A stretch of DNA of 64,000 nucleotides from Eledone cirrhosa (GCA_964016885.1 OZ024741.1:159030001-159094000), one strand, 5' to 3'; numbered from the stretch's first letter, positions 12,786-27,745 are shown. Notes: generated by a model not told the origin, from the letters alone. Program-made: numbers and translations.

Positions 12786-13662
12786 AAGTGAATGAGGTCT
12801 GGGATCTTGTCGATCAACTGTCAATATATATCATCATCATCTTCATCATCATTTTACGTCCACTTTTTCTTATATATATATATACATATATGTATGTATG
12901 TATGTATGTATAGTGAGAGAGAGAAATACATATATGCATGTCAAAATGCATGTCTTCACATTGAGACTGCTAAGCAACCAGTGACATTTGTGGATGTCCT
13001 GCATAAACAATATATCCTGTAGCTTATGAGTCCAAAACATAAAGTGAAATGAAACAAGTTCCACTTTTAAAAGCAAGAGTTGGTGACAGGAAGGGCATGT
13101 GGTGATAAAATGCTGCTACCAAAAAATGAGTAGCATCTAACCCATGCTAACACAGAAAAGTGGAGGTAAATACAACAATAATATTGATATACTAGTGGGC
13201 CTGTGTAATCAATAATGACTGCAATAGTATTTAATGTATTTCAGTTTTGGAGTCCAGGAATAATATGTTATACACACACACACACACACATACCCATCAG
13301 TCTGTAAAAGGTTAATGCTGGTGCCATGATAAAATGCACCTAATCTACACTGTGCTACTAGTGCTGGTGCCTCAAGAAAATGAACAAACCCTTGTACCAT
13401 GGCCTGCAATGCAGAGGACAGAAAGATAAGCAAATACCAGATCTTGTCCAGCCGCTTCCTCTTTGCTCCCGTCAGGCATCCTTAGACCACGTATAGCTGA
13501 CCTCTTCTGTAAAAATCAGAATGAGAGCAGCCCATCTGAGAAAGGAATCCTGCGAGGTGGGGTGGCTGTTGCAGTGGGTGGTGCTGGCCATTATCCACGG
13601 CAATGCCTTTGCCATTTTGTTCGCCGGGCATAGCCGAAACAAACTCTGACTTAGGTGTAGAG

Positions 13663-14101
13663 CAAAGGTTCTCAACGGCGGGGTGGGGGGCGTTTGAAGC
13701 TGGGGGGGGGGGAGCCCCTTTAGTTTTTTAGTTTGGTAAATTTTATAAGTCATATTTGTACGTCTCTTAGACAGCCAGTGTGAATGCATTTGAATGAAGA
13801 AAACGAAGAAAATAAATAAAAGAAGCTTGTCAACGAATTCCCTAGGGAGATAAAGAAAATGAAAGAAATCAAAGAAAATGAACATAAGGATGTCAACTTT
13901 GACAACAGTTACAAGAACAACTTCAACAGAGAAATGACAACAAAGAGAAGCAATGGTGATGAAAGGTGTGGGTGTATACATATACGAACATACACACACA
14001 TGTATACGTACATACATACATACGTTTCGTGATTTTGAGGGGCAAAAGGGGGCATTTGGCCAAAATGGGTGATGTTGGCCAAAATGGGTTGAGAACCTTT
14101 G
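13663..14101. mobile_element. hAT (Charlie/Buster-type) MITE
   Basis: TIRs caaaggttctcaac / gttgagaacctttg; perfect 8-bp TSD gtgtagag at 13655-13662 and 14102-14109. Confidence 0.92.
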
Positions 14102-14818
14102 GTGTAGAGTGTCACTCTTCCCATCCCCCTTTCTTTCGTTGCTTAACAACCTTAATCCTTTCCTTCCTTTAACTCTCATTTAAACACTGAACATCATGTG
14201 TTTTCTTCTATCTCTCATTTTATCTCCTATTTATGATACTTATCTATGAAGTGGTTGGCATTGGGAATAGCTTCAAGTCATAGAAACTATACAATCATCT
14301 GACCTGTCTATCTAGCCTCAAAACGTGACAACCCATTCAACAGATAGAAAATAGGCATAAGATGGTGATGATGATGATTATATATATATATATAAACCAT
14401 TCTCACTTTCACTGTACTTTCTGTACTATTCTATCTAGGATTATCAAATCCCTATTTCTCTTTCCACATGATACTATGAAATTACATGACACCAGAGGAG
14501 AGATAGAGAGATAAAGAAAAAAATAGATGGGGGAGAGAGAAAGAAAGATGGCAAGTGAAAAGCAATAAAAAAATTTTTTTAAAGAGAAAGAAAATCAAAA
14601 AATACCAATTTTGCAAATATGATTGGGAAAAGGTTTGAACAAAATAGAATCTAAAAGTTTAAAAAGGAAATCAATAAAATATGATGTAATATATAAATGG
14701 ATATCTTATCAAATTACTTAGGACATGGTATCACTTCTTCAATTGATTCAATTTTGGAGTCATTTACTTTAAACCAACCAATCACCTCTACATCAATGTA
14801 ATAGACACACAAACACAC

Positions 14819-14848
14819 AGAAAACTAAAAAAAGGTCTTTATTTTGAG

Positions 14849-14916
<68 letters not shown>

Positions 14917-14946
14917 CTCAAAATAAAGAACTTTTTTTAGTTTTCT
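14819..14946. repeat. Inverted repeat centred on (TA)n
   Basis: agaaaactaaaaaaaggtctttattttgagcttta-(TA)n-taaagctcaaaataaagaactttttttagttttct; one mismatch. Confidence 0.9.
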
Positions 14947-14960
14947 AGTTATATATATAT

Positions 14961-15330
14961 GGAGGCACATGGCTTAGTGGTTAGAGCATTCGGCTTGCAA
15001 ATTGAAAGGTTGTGATGTGTTGTTTCCTTGAGCAAGACACTTTATTTCACATTGCTCCAGTTTACTCAGCTGTAGAAATAAGATGATAGGACTGGGGTCC
15101 CTATCAATCCACTGCAAAGTGGTCGTGGAGGTGCCACGACAAAAATAGCACCCAGCCGACACTGTAAAGTGGATGTGTAGGCACCACAGAAGAAAAGCAC
15201 CCACCACTCACTGTAAATGAGGTTGGTGTTAGGAAGGACATCCAGCTGTAGAAATCAAGCCAGAATCAGTTCCCGTCCCACCCTTGCAAGCAGGGAAAAG
15301 TGGACATAAAATGATGATGATGATGATGAT
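14961..15330 (+). mobile_element. SINE family A with two internal modules and deleted B-box
   Basis: Collinear with 627-966; lacks the gagttcaattc segment. Confidence 0.9.
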
Positions 15331-15459
15331 AGTATATATAAAATTCTTTGTGTCTGCCTGTCTGTTCCTAAGCATTCTCTAATGGCTGGACCAAATCAAA
15401 TCAAATTTTACAATGTAATAGTATTAGACCCCCCCCCCCCCCCGGATGTCAACATGTAA

Positions 15460-16325
15460 CTGCTAGCTACAAAAGGCTTTTCTTTCAAAATGAAAGGCAG
15501 ACTGTATGATGCATGCATACAAACAGCAATGTCGCATGGTAGTGAGACCTGGGTGCTGTGCGCAAAAGACTTGTGCAGATTGGAAAGGAATGAAGCTTGT
15601 ATACTCCGATGGATGGGTAATAGTAATATACGTGAATGGCAAAACAAACGTACTGAGAAAGAAACAGGCATAAGAGGAATCAGATGCAGTGTGCAGGAGA
15701 GGAGCTAATGTTGGTATGGACATGTGATGTGTATGAATGATGGCAGCTGTATAAAAAAGTGCAGAGCGCTCAAAGTCAATGGAAGCCATGTGTAACGGGG
15801 AGACCAAGGAAGACTTGGGACAAGGTAATAAAAACTGACCTTGCCCAATTGCACTTCTCAAAGGTGATAACACAGGACTGGGATCTCTGGCATTATTCAG
15901 TATTACAGAAGACCAGACTTCCCATGGGCACAGGCCAAGACTGAAGCATATATATATATAGAATGCACAACCCTGCCCCACCCACTCTCATAAATCTCCA
16001 TGAGGACAAGTGGAAGTATATGTCCATTGAAGCCTCCAGTCCATGCTGTAAAGTGGTTTTGATGGTGACATGGCAAAAAGCACCCAGCCCACACTGTAAA
16101 GTGGTCATGTAGGTGTCATGACAAAGAGCACCCATCACTCGCTGTAAATGAGGTTGGCATTAGGAAAGGGCATCCAGCTGTAGAAACCAAACCAAAATCG
16201 GTTCTGTATGAGCAAGACATGGCCACCTGACCTGGCATTGCTCACAACAGGATAACTCATCTAACCCATGCCAATGTGGAAACATGGACATTAAATGGTG
16301 ATGATGATGATGATGACGATGATGA
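15460..16325 (+). mobile_element. RTE LINE 3' fragment with module-bearing 3' UTR and tail
   Basis: MKGRLYDACIQTAMSHGSETW; followed by gcacccag/ctgtaaagtgg modules and (gat)n tail. Confidence 0.85.
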
Positions 16326-17069
16326 TACACACACACACATATATGTATTGATTTGCGTATCAATATATGTAACTATGAATCTGTCCAAGTACATCACTAA
16401 CAAACCAACTCACTACCCACCCACAATTCATTTAACTCACCCACCTACACACACAAATAGAGACACGCCTAGAAAGATTGGTTGAAAGGAGGTGGGGAAG
16501 CAGAGAAAAATATAAATCAGCTAGAGAAGAAGCTAGGTATCAGGTTTATAATGCTTTACAAGACAACAGGTTTACATAGCACAGAAAGAAGTTGAAAACA
16601 AGAAATGTTTCAATGCCTCGCTATGTGAGGATCAAAGATATGAATTATTCTGTACTACAAAGCAGTGTGTTAGTGTCAATCAGTATATTGTGGGAGAAAA
16701 GTTTATTTAGAATTATTTAGAATTGGTGCACTTAGCCACACATATGCTTAGAAGAGAGAGGCCTGAAAATGTTATGTTGCTGAATGCATAGAAGGGAAAA
16801 GGACGGACCTCTGTCGACCCAGCAGAGGGACCAGCTATTGAAGTTGACAGTTAAATAGTCAAAACCATTAAACCTTTTGATACCAAACCAGCTGAATCCA
16901 CCTCTGGTTCTATGATACAAACTATTTGTTTTAGATTCAATCATAATTTTATGTAAGAACCTTTGTTAAGCTATGTTCCAAACACTAGCTTCTTGATTAT
17001 TTTCAAAATTATTTGAAAATCATAGGCAGTAATTTTTGTTAGAAATAAATTAATGAAAGGGTTAAGGAC

Positions 17070-17390
17070 ATGAAGAGGGGAAAATTTGCCAAACCATCAA
17101 AGATAATCTCTGAATTGCTGAAAATATCCTATGGATGAAGTTTGTTACTTGTATAACCAAGGAGATAATATATGATGGTATCATACTCACTAACTGTTGT
17201 ATCATTAATTGCTACAAGGGCAAAGGTGATGCTCTAAAAAGGAGCAACTACAAGCTATGAAAGTAATTTAAAGAGTTTTAATACAACTGGTTAGGAAAAT
17301 AATTAGATTTGAAGAAATACAGTTTGGATTTGTGCCAGGATAGGGTACCATCTATGCCTTCTTTTTAATGTGATGACAGCTATAAAGGAA
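17070..17390 (+). mobile_element. RTE RT fragment
   Basis: atcattaattgctacaagggcaaaggtgatgctcta (IINCYKGKGDAL) matches 28970-29010. Confidence 0.7.
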
Positions 17391-18222
17391 TAACATGCAT
17401 GAGTGCAGTGGATTAAAAAAAGCACTCAAATTTTTTTAATAAGCTGATATTTGCTGTTTAGCCTCTAAAACTCCTGGCAAAGTAGTGAACCATGTGTGGC
17501 AGAGTGGCCTAACATGTCTAATACAGAAGTTTGCTCATTGACCCAAGGTAGTTGAGTATATAATAGTTGAGTCTTTAGAATGCTGGATAGAATGTTTTGC
17601 AATATTCATTCAAGCTCTCTGTGCACTGAGTTCAAATCACACCAAGGTCAACTTTGCCTTTCATCCTTTCGAGGTTGATAAGAAAGTACCAGTCCAGTAC
17701 TGGAGTTGATTCTTCCTCTATATATATCTCTCACATCCTCTCACTCACACTCTCTCTCCTTCTCTGGAAGAAACCAGATGTGTTCAAACCTGGAGAGCAG
17801 ATGTGCTCCTACAGGTTCAAAATGCACAAATATGTCACTAAGATACCCTTACAATTCCACCAGGTGTTACTGGCCCGTACATACATTTGAGTATATCTCA
17901 AGTGACTATTGTCATATAAGGTCGAAAATTGAAAGGGAAATCATGAAAACCACTTAACAAGGTTTAGTGTAGAGTTTTGCATCAAGTGAAAAATATCTGA
18001 AAATGAAATATTAAGAGTAAATAACAGCAATCATTCTCATCATCAACACCACCAACACCTTTAATGATGGGTTGTCCTGTTCTGTGGCGAGATTGGTCAG
18101 GTAACCACGTCTAGCTCATATGTTCGGTTTTGGCATGGTTACAATTTCTTGTAAAAATGACCTCATTGGTTATAGGCTATATCTACCATTGTGTAGTGTG
18201 TCTGCGCCTATAGGAATATCGA

Positions 18223-18284
<62 letters not shown>

Positions 18285-19619
18285 TGTGTGTTTATGTAGG
18301 TGAATGTTTGAGTATGCTTTTTTTTAGTGCTTATGTGGTTGTAAATATTATGTTTATATGAGTGAGTTGTATGCTTATATGTATCATTTGTGTGTATGTG
18401 AGTATGTGCATATGTATGCATGGATATGCACATGTTTGTATGTGTGTATGCATTTGTGTATGCATATTTATGTACACATTATTATATAAATTAACTTTAA
18501 CAAGACACGAATCAGATATTTTGTGGATCACACACATACATACATATATACATGCATACATACACACACACACATTACCTACCTCCACATCTATACATGG
18601 CCACATAAATACAGACACACATACTCTTTTATTTGTAGCAAAAACATATCAATGCACACACATACACACTGACACATGCAGGCATACAGATACCCAAGGC
18701 ACACATATACACACACACACATAATATAAATGATATAATATATAATATATATATACTAGAGAGGAATAACAATGCCCCTATCCCTTCTTTCATTCCCCAC
18801 AACCTCTGTCCTGACACCTGAAAAGAGTGGAGAGGGAGATCCCTAGGAGAATTGGCTTTTGGTGAAACTGCAATTAATTTACACCAACATAATAATGATG
18901 ATAATAATAATTGTTTCTACATTTGGCACAAGGCCAGCAATTCAAAGGGAAGGGAAAAGTTGATTAAAACGACCCCAGAGTGTGTAACTAGTGCTTTATT
19001 TTATCGATCACACCTATTTTTTCTATTTTTTTTTTTTGCTGGCTACAAGGGCCCAAGACATTGGGGGCAGCACAGAGTGGTGTTTGCATTAAGTAAAGGA
19101 AAGGAGACATCACCAAAATGAGAACAGTAGGTATAACAATAATAGAAATATCAAAATGTTAATGATAATAATAGTAATAATAATTGTTTCTACTTTTGGC
19201 ACAAGGCCAGCAAATACCCAGAACATTACTGGTACTTTATTTTATCGACCCTGTAAGGATGAAAGGCCGTAAAGGGACGTAAGTACGCTGGAAAGCATGG
19301 CGTCTAACCCTCTACCGATACTGCCAATTCACTGCCCTTATATAATAATATATAATAATAGTAATAATAATGGTTTCTGATTCAGGCATAAGGCCAGCAA
19401 TTTTGGGGAGGGGAAAGTCGATTAAATCAACCCCAGTGCATTACTGATACTTTATCTAATCAAACTCACGACCTCATAAGGATGAAAGGCAAAGCTAACC
19501 TTGCCGGGATATGAACTCAGAAGGTAAAGGGCTGTAACTCTACGCTGTTAAGCATGTTGTCCAACGCTCTACCAATTCTACCAAACCACCGCCCTAATAA
19601 TAATAATAAGTGTCAATGA

Positions 19620-22600
19620 ATACCTGTTCCTAATGTGGGAGGAGGGCAGACTTTTTTTAGGATAATTCCAAGGAGAGCCCCACACAAAACCCAGATTACT
19701 CAGTCACCTCACAGGTATTAAAAGTACCTTCCGGTTTCTTTCCACCTGATTAGAAAAGCATAGTCAGAATAGACCATTCAGCCTCATCAGTCTTGCTACT
19801 CTCATCCATCTTTCATAAAGCATACAAGAAAGCAGTACCTTCCTCTCTACCCCCACTTTCCTCTTCAAGTGGAACTTGAAGAAGTTGATGAGGGCTTGTC
19901 TGGAGAGGAAGATTCCTGTCCTGAATCCTTTCAGACAGGACCACAATTCATCTTCCTTTGTCATAGCTACCAGGCAGAGGAAGATTTGCCGTGCTCTCCT
20001 TCTAAAAGGTGGTAGCTTAATCCTCAATATAGACATGGCTGATAGATGGATCCATCCTACACAAGATAGCAGTTGTTTGACACAAGCCCACAGCTCTGCA
20101 ATGGATGGATACTAGGTGAATGGACATGTAGAATGGTTTTGTCACCCTATATGCATCTCGGACAGGTCTGGTTGTTGGCACTTCTGTGCCTGTCTTGAAC
20201 ACTAGTCCCTCTGTAGCACTGCCATGTAAAGGTTTTTTGGAAACTGTCCATAATCCCTAACCTGAAAATCTTCCAGAAGGGTCTGTTGAGACTGTCCTCA
20301 TATACCCAGCACCACTCCCCAACCATTGTCACTCATACCTTCTACTAACCCTCTGTAGAAAGTAATTGTTGTTTTCTGGCCACCTAACATTATTTAGTTT
20401 GTAAATTGCTGCGAGTGTCTGGCAGTACTCTAGATACCAGGCACCCAACCTTGGTCTGCAATGATTGTAGATCTGTCAAAGAGATGAGCTGTGGAAAGAT
20501 ATGTTGCACAAAAGATGCCCATACTAGTTAGGCTGTGCTTTCATTGTCTTCATCATTGAAGAACGATGTAATTCTGCAGGTGTGTTAGCCATAGCATAAG
20601 TCTGTGCATCATTAGGGATGGTGTCCTATGACTACCAAGAATTGGATGTTGGTAGCAGATGGATTTTCTGATTAGTGGTACTTGTTCTGTCTACAAAAAG
20701 TGGAAGAGCACGTGTTTCAGTTTAGTCAGGAGTGTTTAGTCAGGAGGTTTTTTTTTTAGCATTATACGATGGTCTGGCTGTAGTATATCACTGAAGCAAT
20801 GTAGGGGTTTGTCACATCCACCCAGTCTTTCAGGGACAGCTTACTCTCTTCACATTTCTGAGTGAGATTAGCTACCTTGTTTGTGACCTCCTCCCAGTTC
20901 TTGTCTACAAGGGTGTCCAATCCAAAGTAGATTCCAAGCACTTTATCAGAAGAAATTTCCACTGGCTGGCATGGGCTTGCCTCCCCTCATGCCAGCTTGC
21001 AAGCCATCTGACTTGTCCTGGTTAATGCAAGCTCCAGTAACCTTCTAGTATTCTTCCAATGTAGTGCTGGTTGCCTCAATATCTGACACTCAAACAGTGA
21101 CGTCATTTACATATGCAGATGTGGCTCTTCTGTGACCAGGTTCAGGTGGAATTTCTCTCAAGATTTCCATACTCCACAGTAGAGGCTACAAGCCCAACAC
21201 ACCAACACATAGAAGAGGTGGAGAGGGGGCATACCTGATGGACTGAACATTCGATATGGAAATATTCTGATATGTAGTCATTCAATTTGATCACCAAACA
21301 AATGCTGTTGTAGAACGCAGTGATCCAGTTTCTAAAAACAGGGCTGAAACTCCCTGCCTTTAGGATAGCCTCCAGGTAGCAATGGTCTACTCACTCGAAT
21401 GCTTTTGATTGATATAAATTGACCAGTGCCCTATCAAAGTCAGGACTACTTCTGTCCCATTCTATAATGTATCTAATGAGATGGAATTTGTCATGGATAG
21501 ATCTGTCAATGATTGCACAGGCATGTGTAACTCCAACTACACTACCAGTGACAAGTGGTAACCTCTTCCCCAGTACCTTTGCCAAAACCTTTAGCTCTGT
21601 GTTCAGTAGAATTATGTCCCCTTGTTCAGGTCCTTTCTTAGGAGTTTCACTACTTCCCAGCTTACCTGCAGTAGACAACTGCCAAGACCACAGTGAATAA
21701 GGCTGATATGTAGAAGTAGAATTCATAGGGTATATTATCCAATCCTGGTGCTTTATCCCTCACATATGGGTTCACATCTGCCACTTCATCTGCTGTAATC
21801 TGTTTTTCATAACACTCTGCCTCCTTAGCTGATAGTCACAGCAGGCTGTAGAGATAGGAACTGAAGTCTTTTGTCTCCAGTTCACCACAGTTCAGCAAAG
21901 TGTTGCTGGAAAATTTGCACACATCTGTTTAGGGTCAGATTGTTTGACCCCTCTGTGGTCCATCAAAGATCGAATTATGGCTTTGTTGCTATGTTGTGCT
22001 TCTGCCAGTGAAGCATATTGAACAGATCTCAAATGATAACACAGCCTTCATGTTTTGCAATGAAGAATTGGTCAAAGACCATTCTTGTCACTAGCATGCT
22101 AGCTGCAATGCCTTTTCAATGCACTTCTTCTAAATGACTATCTAGTTTTTTTTCTAATTTGTGATTTTATGTTGCTAACTCTTTGCTAAACCTCATTGAT
22201 ACTACCATAATTTTTCTCTTTGATGAAGCCCACCATCTATTGTTTATAATAGCCCCCATCAGTTCCTGTTTAACTAGTTCACAAATTTAATTTCTGAATT
22301 CTTTCCTTGCAAGGACAGACGTGTTCAGTTTCCAGTATCCAGGGCCTTGTCTATTAGGCTGTTCTAAGTTGACTGTATTGACTGTTTAGGTCACAAATTT
22401 GTAGTCTGAATATTCTACTATTTGAAACTGTGCACAACTCATGTTGATTCTATCTGCTTCTCTAATGAAAACTCTTTCTAAATATGACCTGTATAACCTG
22501 CTGCAAAAGTTCACATTGGCACATTCAGGAAACCCAGAGGAAACCAGTCAGTTGGAAGTGCCTAAACTGCCACTAATCTGAAAGCACCCATCTCCTTTAC

Positions 22601-22860
22601 TGCTGCTCATGTCCAGAACCACAGATCAACTTTTCAGGTCTAGGAAAACTGTTTTTACCTCTAGATTTAGGCCACACTACTCGAACAGGGCTAACCACAA
22701 AAAACATAGGCTCTGTAGTTGTCCCAGAGCCTCTAAGTTATTCTCAGAAAACCTAGTTCCACAAATAACTACCATATTTGTATCCTGAAATTATTGAGCA
22801 GTTGTCCCTGCTTCCACTTTGACCCCCAAGCCACATACATTTATGCAATTTTGTAGTAAT
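19620..22860 (-). mobile_element. Tx1/L1-clade LINE ORF2, decayed (APE endonuclease, RT, C-terminal Cys motif)
   Basis: Minus-strand remnants CINVCGLG, GYWKLN, LLNTELKVLAKVL..RL, DRSIHDKFHLIRYII, ALVNLYQSKAF, KVLGIYFG, CPRC; many stops. Confidence 0.85.
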
Positions 22861-24066
22861 CCAAGGTTTTAGAGGGTGGGAAAAAGCTATTATTGAGTAA
22901 CCCTAATGAAAATGAAAATAAAATACTTGATAACAGTCTACTAATTTAGCTGTGTGTATCCCAACTTTTTTGGAATATGTACACTATATCCCTGCAAGTA
23001 ATAAGAGGTGACTAAAAGGCTTATTGTCAGAAATGGGTTCTGGTTACAAAATATTGTCTCAAAACATCCTGTCCAACCCATGCCAGCATGGAAAATTGGG
23101 CATGAAAATGATGATGATAATGAGACATCATGGCAGTCAACAGGAGGAGCCTCTTCATGGTTCTATCTAATAATACACTAATGTCTTAAATAAACATGAC
23201 ACACTAGAGAATGTGGTGTTGGGTTCCTGGCACATAAGGAAGTAAAACAAAATAGCCATGACTGAAATGCATTTGATGATAGATCTGCTTGATACAGGTT
23301 GACTTGGGGCTACACAACAAGAAGCAAGAAATGGGGGTGTATTGAAAGAGGAAACAAGGGGTGTAATAATGGTTGTGGCAATGGGAGAATGCAAGAGTAT
23401 GAGTGTATATGTGTGCTGATTCTAGCATTTAAATCGGCCATATCCAGCCAGAATTCTCTCACCCCTTTCTGTTCAAACTGGCCATAACCAGCCACTTATA
23501 CTTATGTTAAGGTATTGTTCTCAAAATAAATTAATATCAAAATCTTGTAGACTCGATATTATCTGAGATAATTATGTGAAATAAAGTATTTACTGTGAAA
23601 ATACAATAGTATATATAGAGTAATGTAAATGCTAAAGGGTTAAATGTAATAAACAATTTTCAAATACTCAAGGCTTTATTCATTTGTTTATTTCTAAAGT
23701 AAGCAATGGCTTGGAAGTGCAATTTGGTAGATGAAACTAACTCTGATCATATCATAGCTATCTCACATAACTACTGAGAGCTATAACAATATCACAGCTT
23801 AAAACATTCATAGCGAGACTTATATATGTTTATTATACATAAACATATTGTATATGCCTTCATATACACCTTCATTATGATGAATCATGCTATGTTAATG
23901 CTACTGTTAATATGTGTATGTCTGTGTGTGTGTGTGTCCATGTCTGTAGGTACATTTACTATTTGTTTATATGTTAATTTTGCAGTTCAGTACAATAGTT
24001 TGATAAAATAAGTACCAAATTTGAAAAAATTAAGTGTTGGCTGCCAATATGATCAACTCAAACCCT

Positions 24067-24514
24067 TTAACCCTTTAGCATTTACATTACTCTATATATA
24101 CTATTGTATTTTCACGGTAAAGGCTTTACCTCACATAATTACCTCATATAATATCTCACATAACATTTACATTACTCTATATATACTATTGTATTTTCAC
24201 GGTAAAGACTTTACCTCACATAATTACCTCATATAATATCTCACATAACATTTACATTACTCTATATTTACTATTGTATTTTCACGGTAAAGGCTTTACC
24301 TCACATAATTACCTCATATAATATCTCACATAACATTTACATTACTCTATATTTACTATTGTATTTTCACAGTAAAGGCTTTACCTCACATAATATCGAA
24401 TCTATGAGCTTTTGATATCATTTATTTTGAGAACAATACCTTAATATCAGAATGAGCTGGTTTGAACAGAAAGAGGTGAGAGAATTTTGGCCGGTTTAAA
24501 TGCTAAAGGGTTAA
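24067..24514 (+). mobile_element. piggyBac-like MITE family 1 with internal 85-bp tandem amplification
   Basis: ttaaccctttagcattt...aaatgctaaagggttaa; unit starts 24079, 24164, 24249, 24334. Confidence 0.85.
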
Positions 24515-24649
24515 GGCAATGTCTCAGTATGGCCACAGTCTAATGACTGGAATGAATAAAACACTGAAATATCTAAATAACTGATGTGAGTGCAAGAGAG
24601 AAACTTACCGACAGTGTTAATAGTAAATGTATATAAGAGAGAGACTTAC

Positions 24650-24740
24650 CGATAGCTTTAATAGTATACTTTTCACTGTACCCCAGCCATCATTGCGTTT
24701 ATCTAAGATAATTACAAATCCTTTTTCTACTTCATACAAC
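24650..24740 (-). CDS. MCF2L: DBS/MCF2L-like Rho-GEF, SEC14 domain exon
   Basis: tttctttcAG|GTTGTATGAA...AAGCTATCG|GTAAGT; 91 nt, phase 2 to 0; LYEVEKGFVIILDKRNDGWGTVKSILLKLS (GF..V.DRR.D.W..VK motif); joins in frame with the exons on both sides. Confidence 0.9.
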
Positions 24741-25002
24741 CTGAAAGAAACAATAAACACTATATAGATATTTGTATATATATATAGATATATGGATATA
24801 TGGATATATAGACATATAGATATATAAACATATAGATACATAGATATATGGATATAGAGATATATACACTTATAGACATATAGATACAGTAGGCAGCTAG
24901 ATATATAGATAAATATATACACACACTCAGTGTGTGCGTGTGTGTTTGTATGTGTATGTTTACCAGTATATATATTAGTTAAGTGTGTAACTACAGTTAC
25001 TC

Positions 25003-25074
25003 GTATATCTGACAAGATGTCGAAGAAGACTTGGGCCCCATGAGTTGATTGATATCGAAACAATTGAAATATGC
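25003..25074 (+). pseudogene. Degenerate hammerhead ribozyme (two core substitutions)
   Basis: GUAUAU-CUGACAA-GAUGUC...GAUAUC-GAAA-CAAUUG-AA-AUAUGC: stems I/II and palindromic stem III retained, but G8>A and U16.1>A. Confidence 0.55.
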
Positions 25075-25126
25075 TAATAAAGTTTGTACATATGCTATAA
25101 CACTGACTTCAATTCTACTATATATA

Positions 25127-25461
25127 TCATCATTTCATTTTACGTCCGCTTTTTCCCTGCTTGCAAGGGTGGGACAGGAACTGATTCTGGCTTGATTTCC
25201 ACAGCTGGATGCCCTTCCTAACACCAACCTCATTTACAGTGAATGCTGGGTGCTGTTTTGCCGTGGCACCTCCACGACCACTTTGCAGTGGAATGATAGG
25301 GACCCCAGTCCCTATCATCTCATTTCTACAGCTGAGTAAACTAGAGCAATGTGAAATAAAGTGTCTTGCTCAAGGAAACAACACATCACCCGGTCTGAGA
25401 ATTGAACTCACAACCTTTCGATTGCAAGGCCAATGCTCTAACCACTAAGCCATGTGCCTCC
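25127..25461 (-). mobile_element. SINE family A
   Basis: Reverse-complement match to 627-966 and 35771-36111; 5' end abuts (TA)n. Confidence 0.92.
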
Positions 25462-26240
<779 letters not shown>

Positions 26241-26694
26241 TATATATATGCAAGTGTAATGTTAAGGGCTTCTGTATAAAGGAAAAAGAGCACTCTATGT
26301 GATAAATGCACCTGAAATATTATCAATGTCTGCTCAACACAGTTGATCGCTACCTTAGGTTTTGAAGCATAACCCCTGCATTAGCCATAAAATTTGATTA
26401 TGGTTTACTTGGAACTGCTTTTCATCAGGCAAGTAAATAAGATGGCAAGTCCTGATTAGACCAGAATATAACTTTATGGCTAATACAGGAGCATGCTTCA
26501 AGATCTAAGGTAGCAATCAAATGTGTCAAGCAGACATTAATGATACACACACACATGTATAAATATAGAATATAGATATACAGACATATATACATATATA
26601 TATATACTTATATATATAAATACATATATATATATACTTATATATATAAATACATATATATATACTTATATATATAAATACATATATATATATA

Positions 26695-26913
26695 GTGAAG
26701 GCGTGTGGCTGAGTGGTTAGAGAATTGGATTCGCAATCGTAAGGTTGTGAGTTCGATTCCTTGACCAGGTGATGCGTTATATCCTTGAGCAAGACACTTT
26801 ATTTCACGTTGCTCCTTCTACCTGGAGTTGCGACCGATAGATAGTATTAGCAATTGGAAAGACCAACGGAAACATTGTTCCCTCGGTCCGATTTGACGAA
26901 AGTCGATCGTTCC
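26695..26913 (+). mobile_element. CORE-type SINE family B
   Basis: gtgaaggcgtgtggctgagtggttag...gagttcgattcc head; embedded in AT microsatellite. Confidence 0.85.
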
Positions 26914-26914
26914 T

Positions 26915-27283
26915 TATATATATATAAATACATATATATATACTATATATAAATATATATATATAAATACACATATATATACTTATATATATATTAATAT
27001 ATATATATAAATAAATACATATATATATACTTATATATATTAATATATATATATAAATAAATACATATATATATACTTATATATATTAATATATATATAT
27101 AAATAAATACATATATATATACTTATATATATTAATATATATATATAAATAAATACATATATATATACTTATATATATTAATATATATATATAAATAAAT
27201 ACATATATATATACTTATATATATTAATATATATATATAAATAAATACATATATATATACTTATAAATACATATATATATACT

Positions 27284-27315
<32 letters not shown>

Positions 27316-27709
27316 AATACATATATATATACTTATATATATAAATATATATATATATAAATACATATATATATACTTATATATATAAATATATATATAA
27401 ATAAATACATATATATAAATACATATATATATACTTATATATATAAATATATATATATATAAATACATATATATATACTTATATATATAAATATATATAT
27501 ATATAAATACATATATATATAAATACATATATATATAAATACATATATATATACTTATATATATAAATATATATATAAATAAATACATATATATAAATAC
27601 ATATATATATACTTATATATATAAATATATATATAAATAAATACATATATATAAATACATATATATATACTTATATATATAAATATATATATAAATACAT
27701 ATATATATA

Positions 27710-27745
<36 letters not shown>

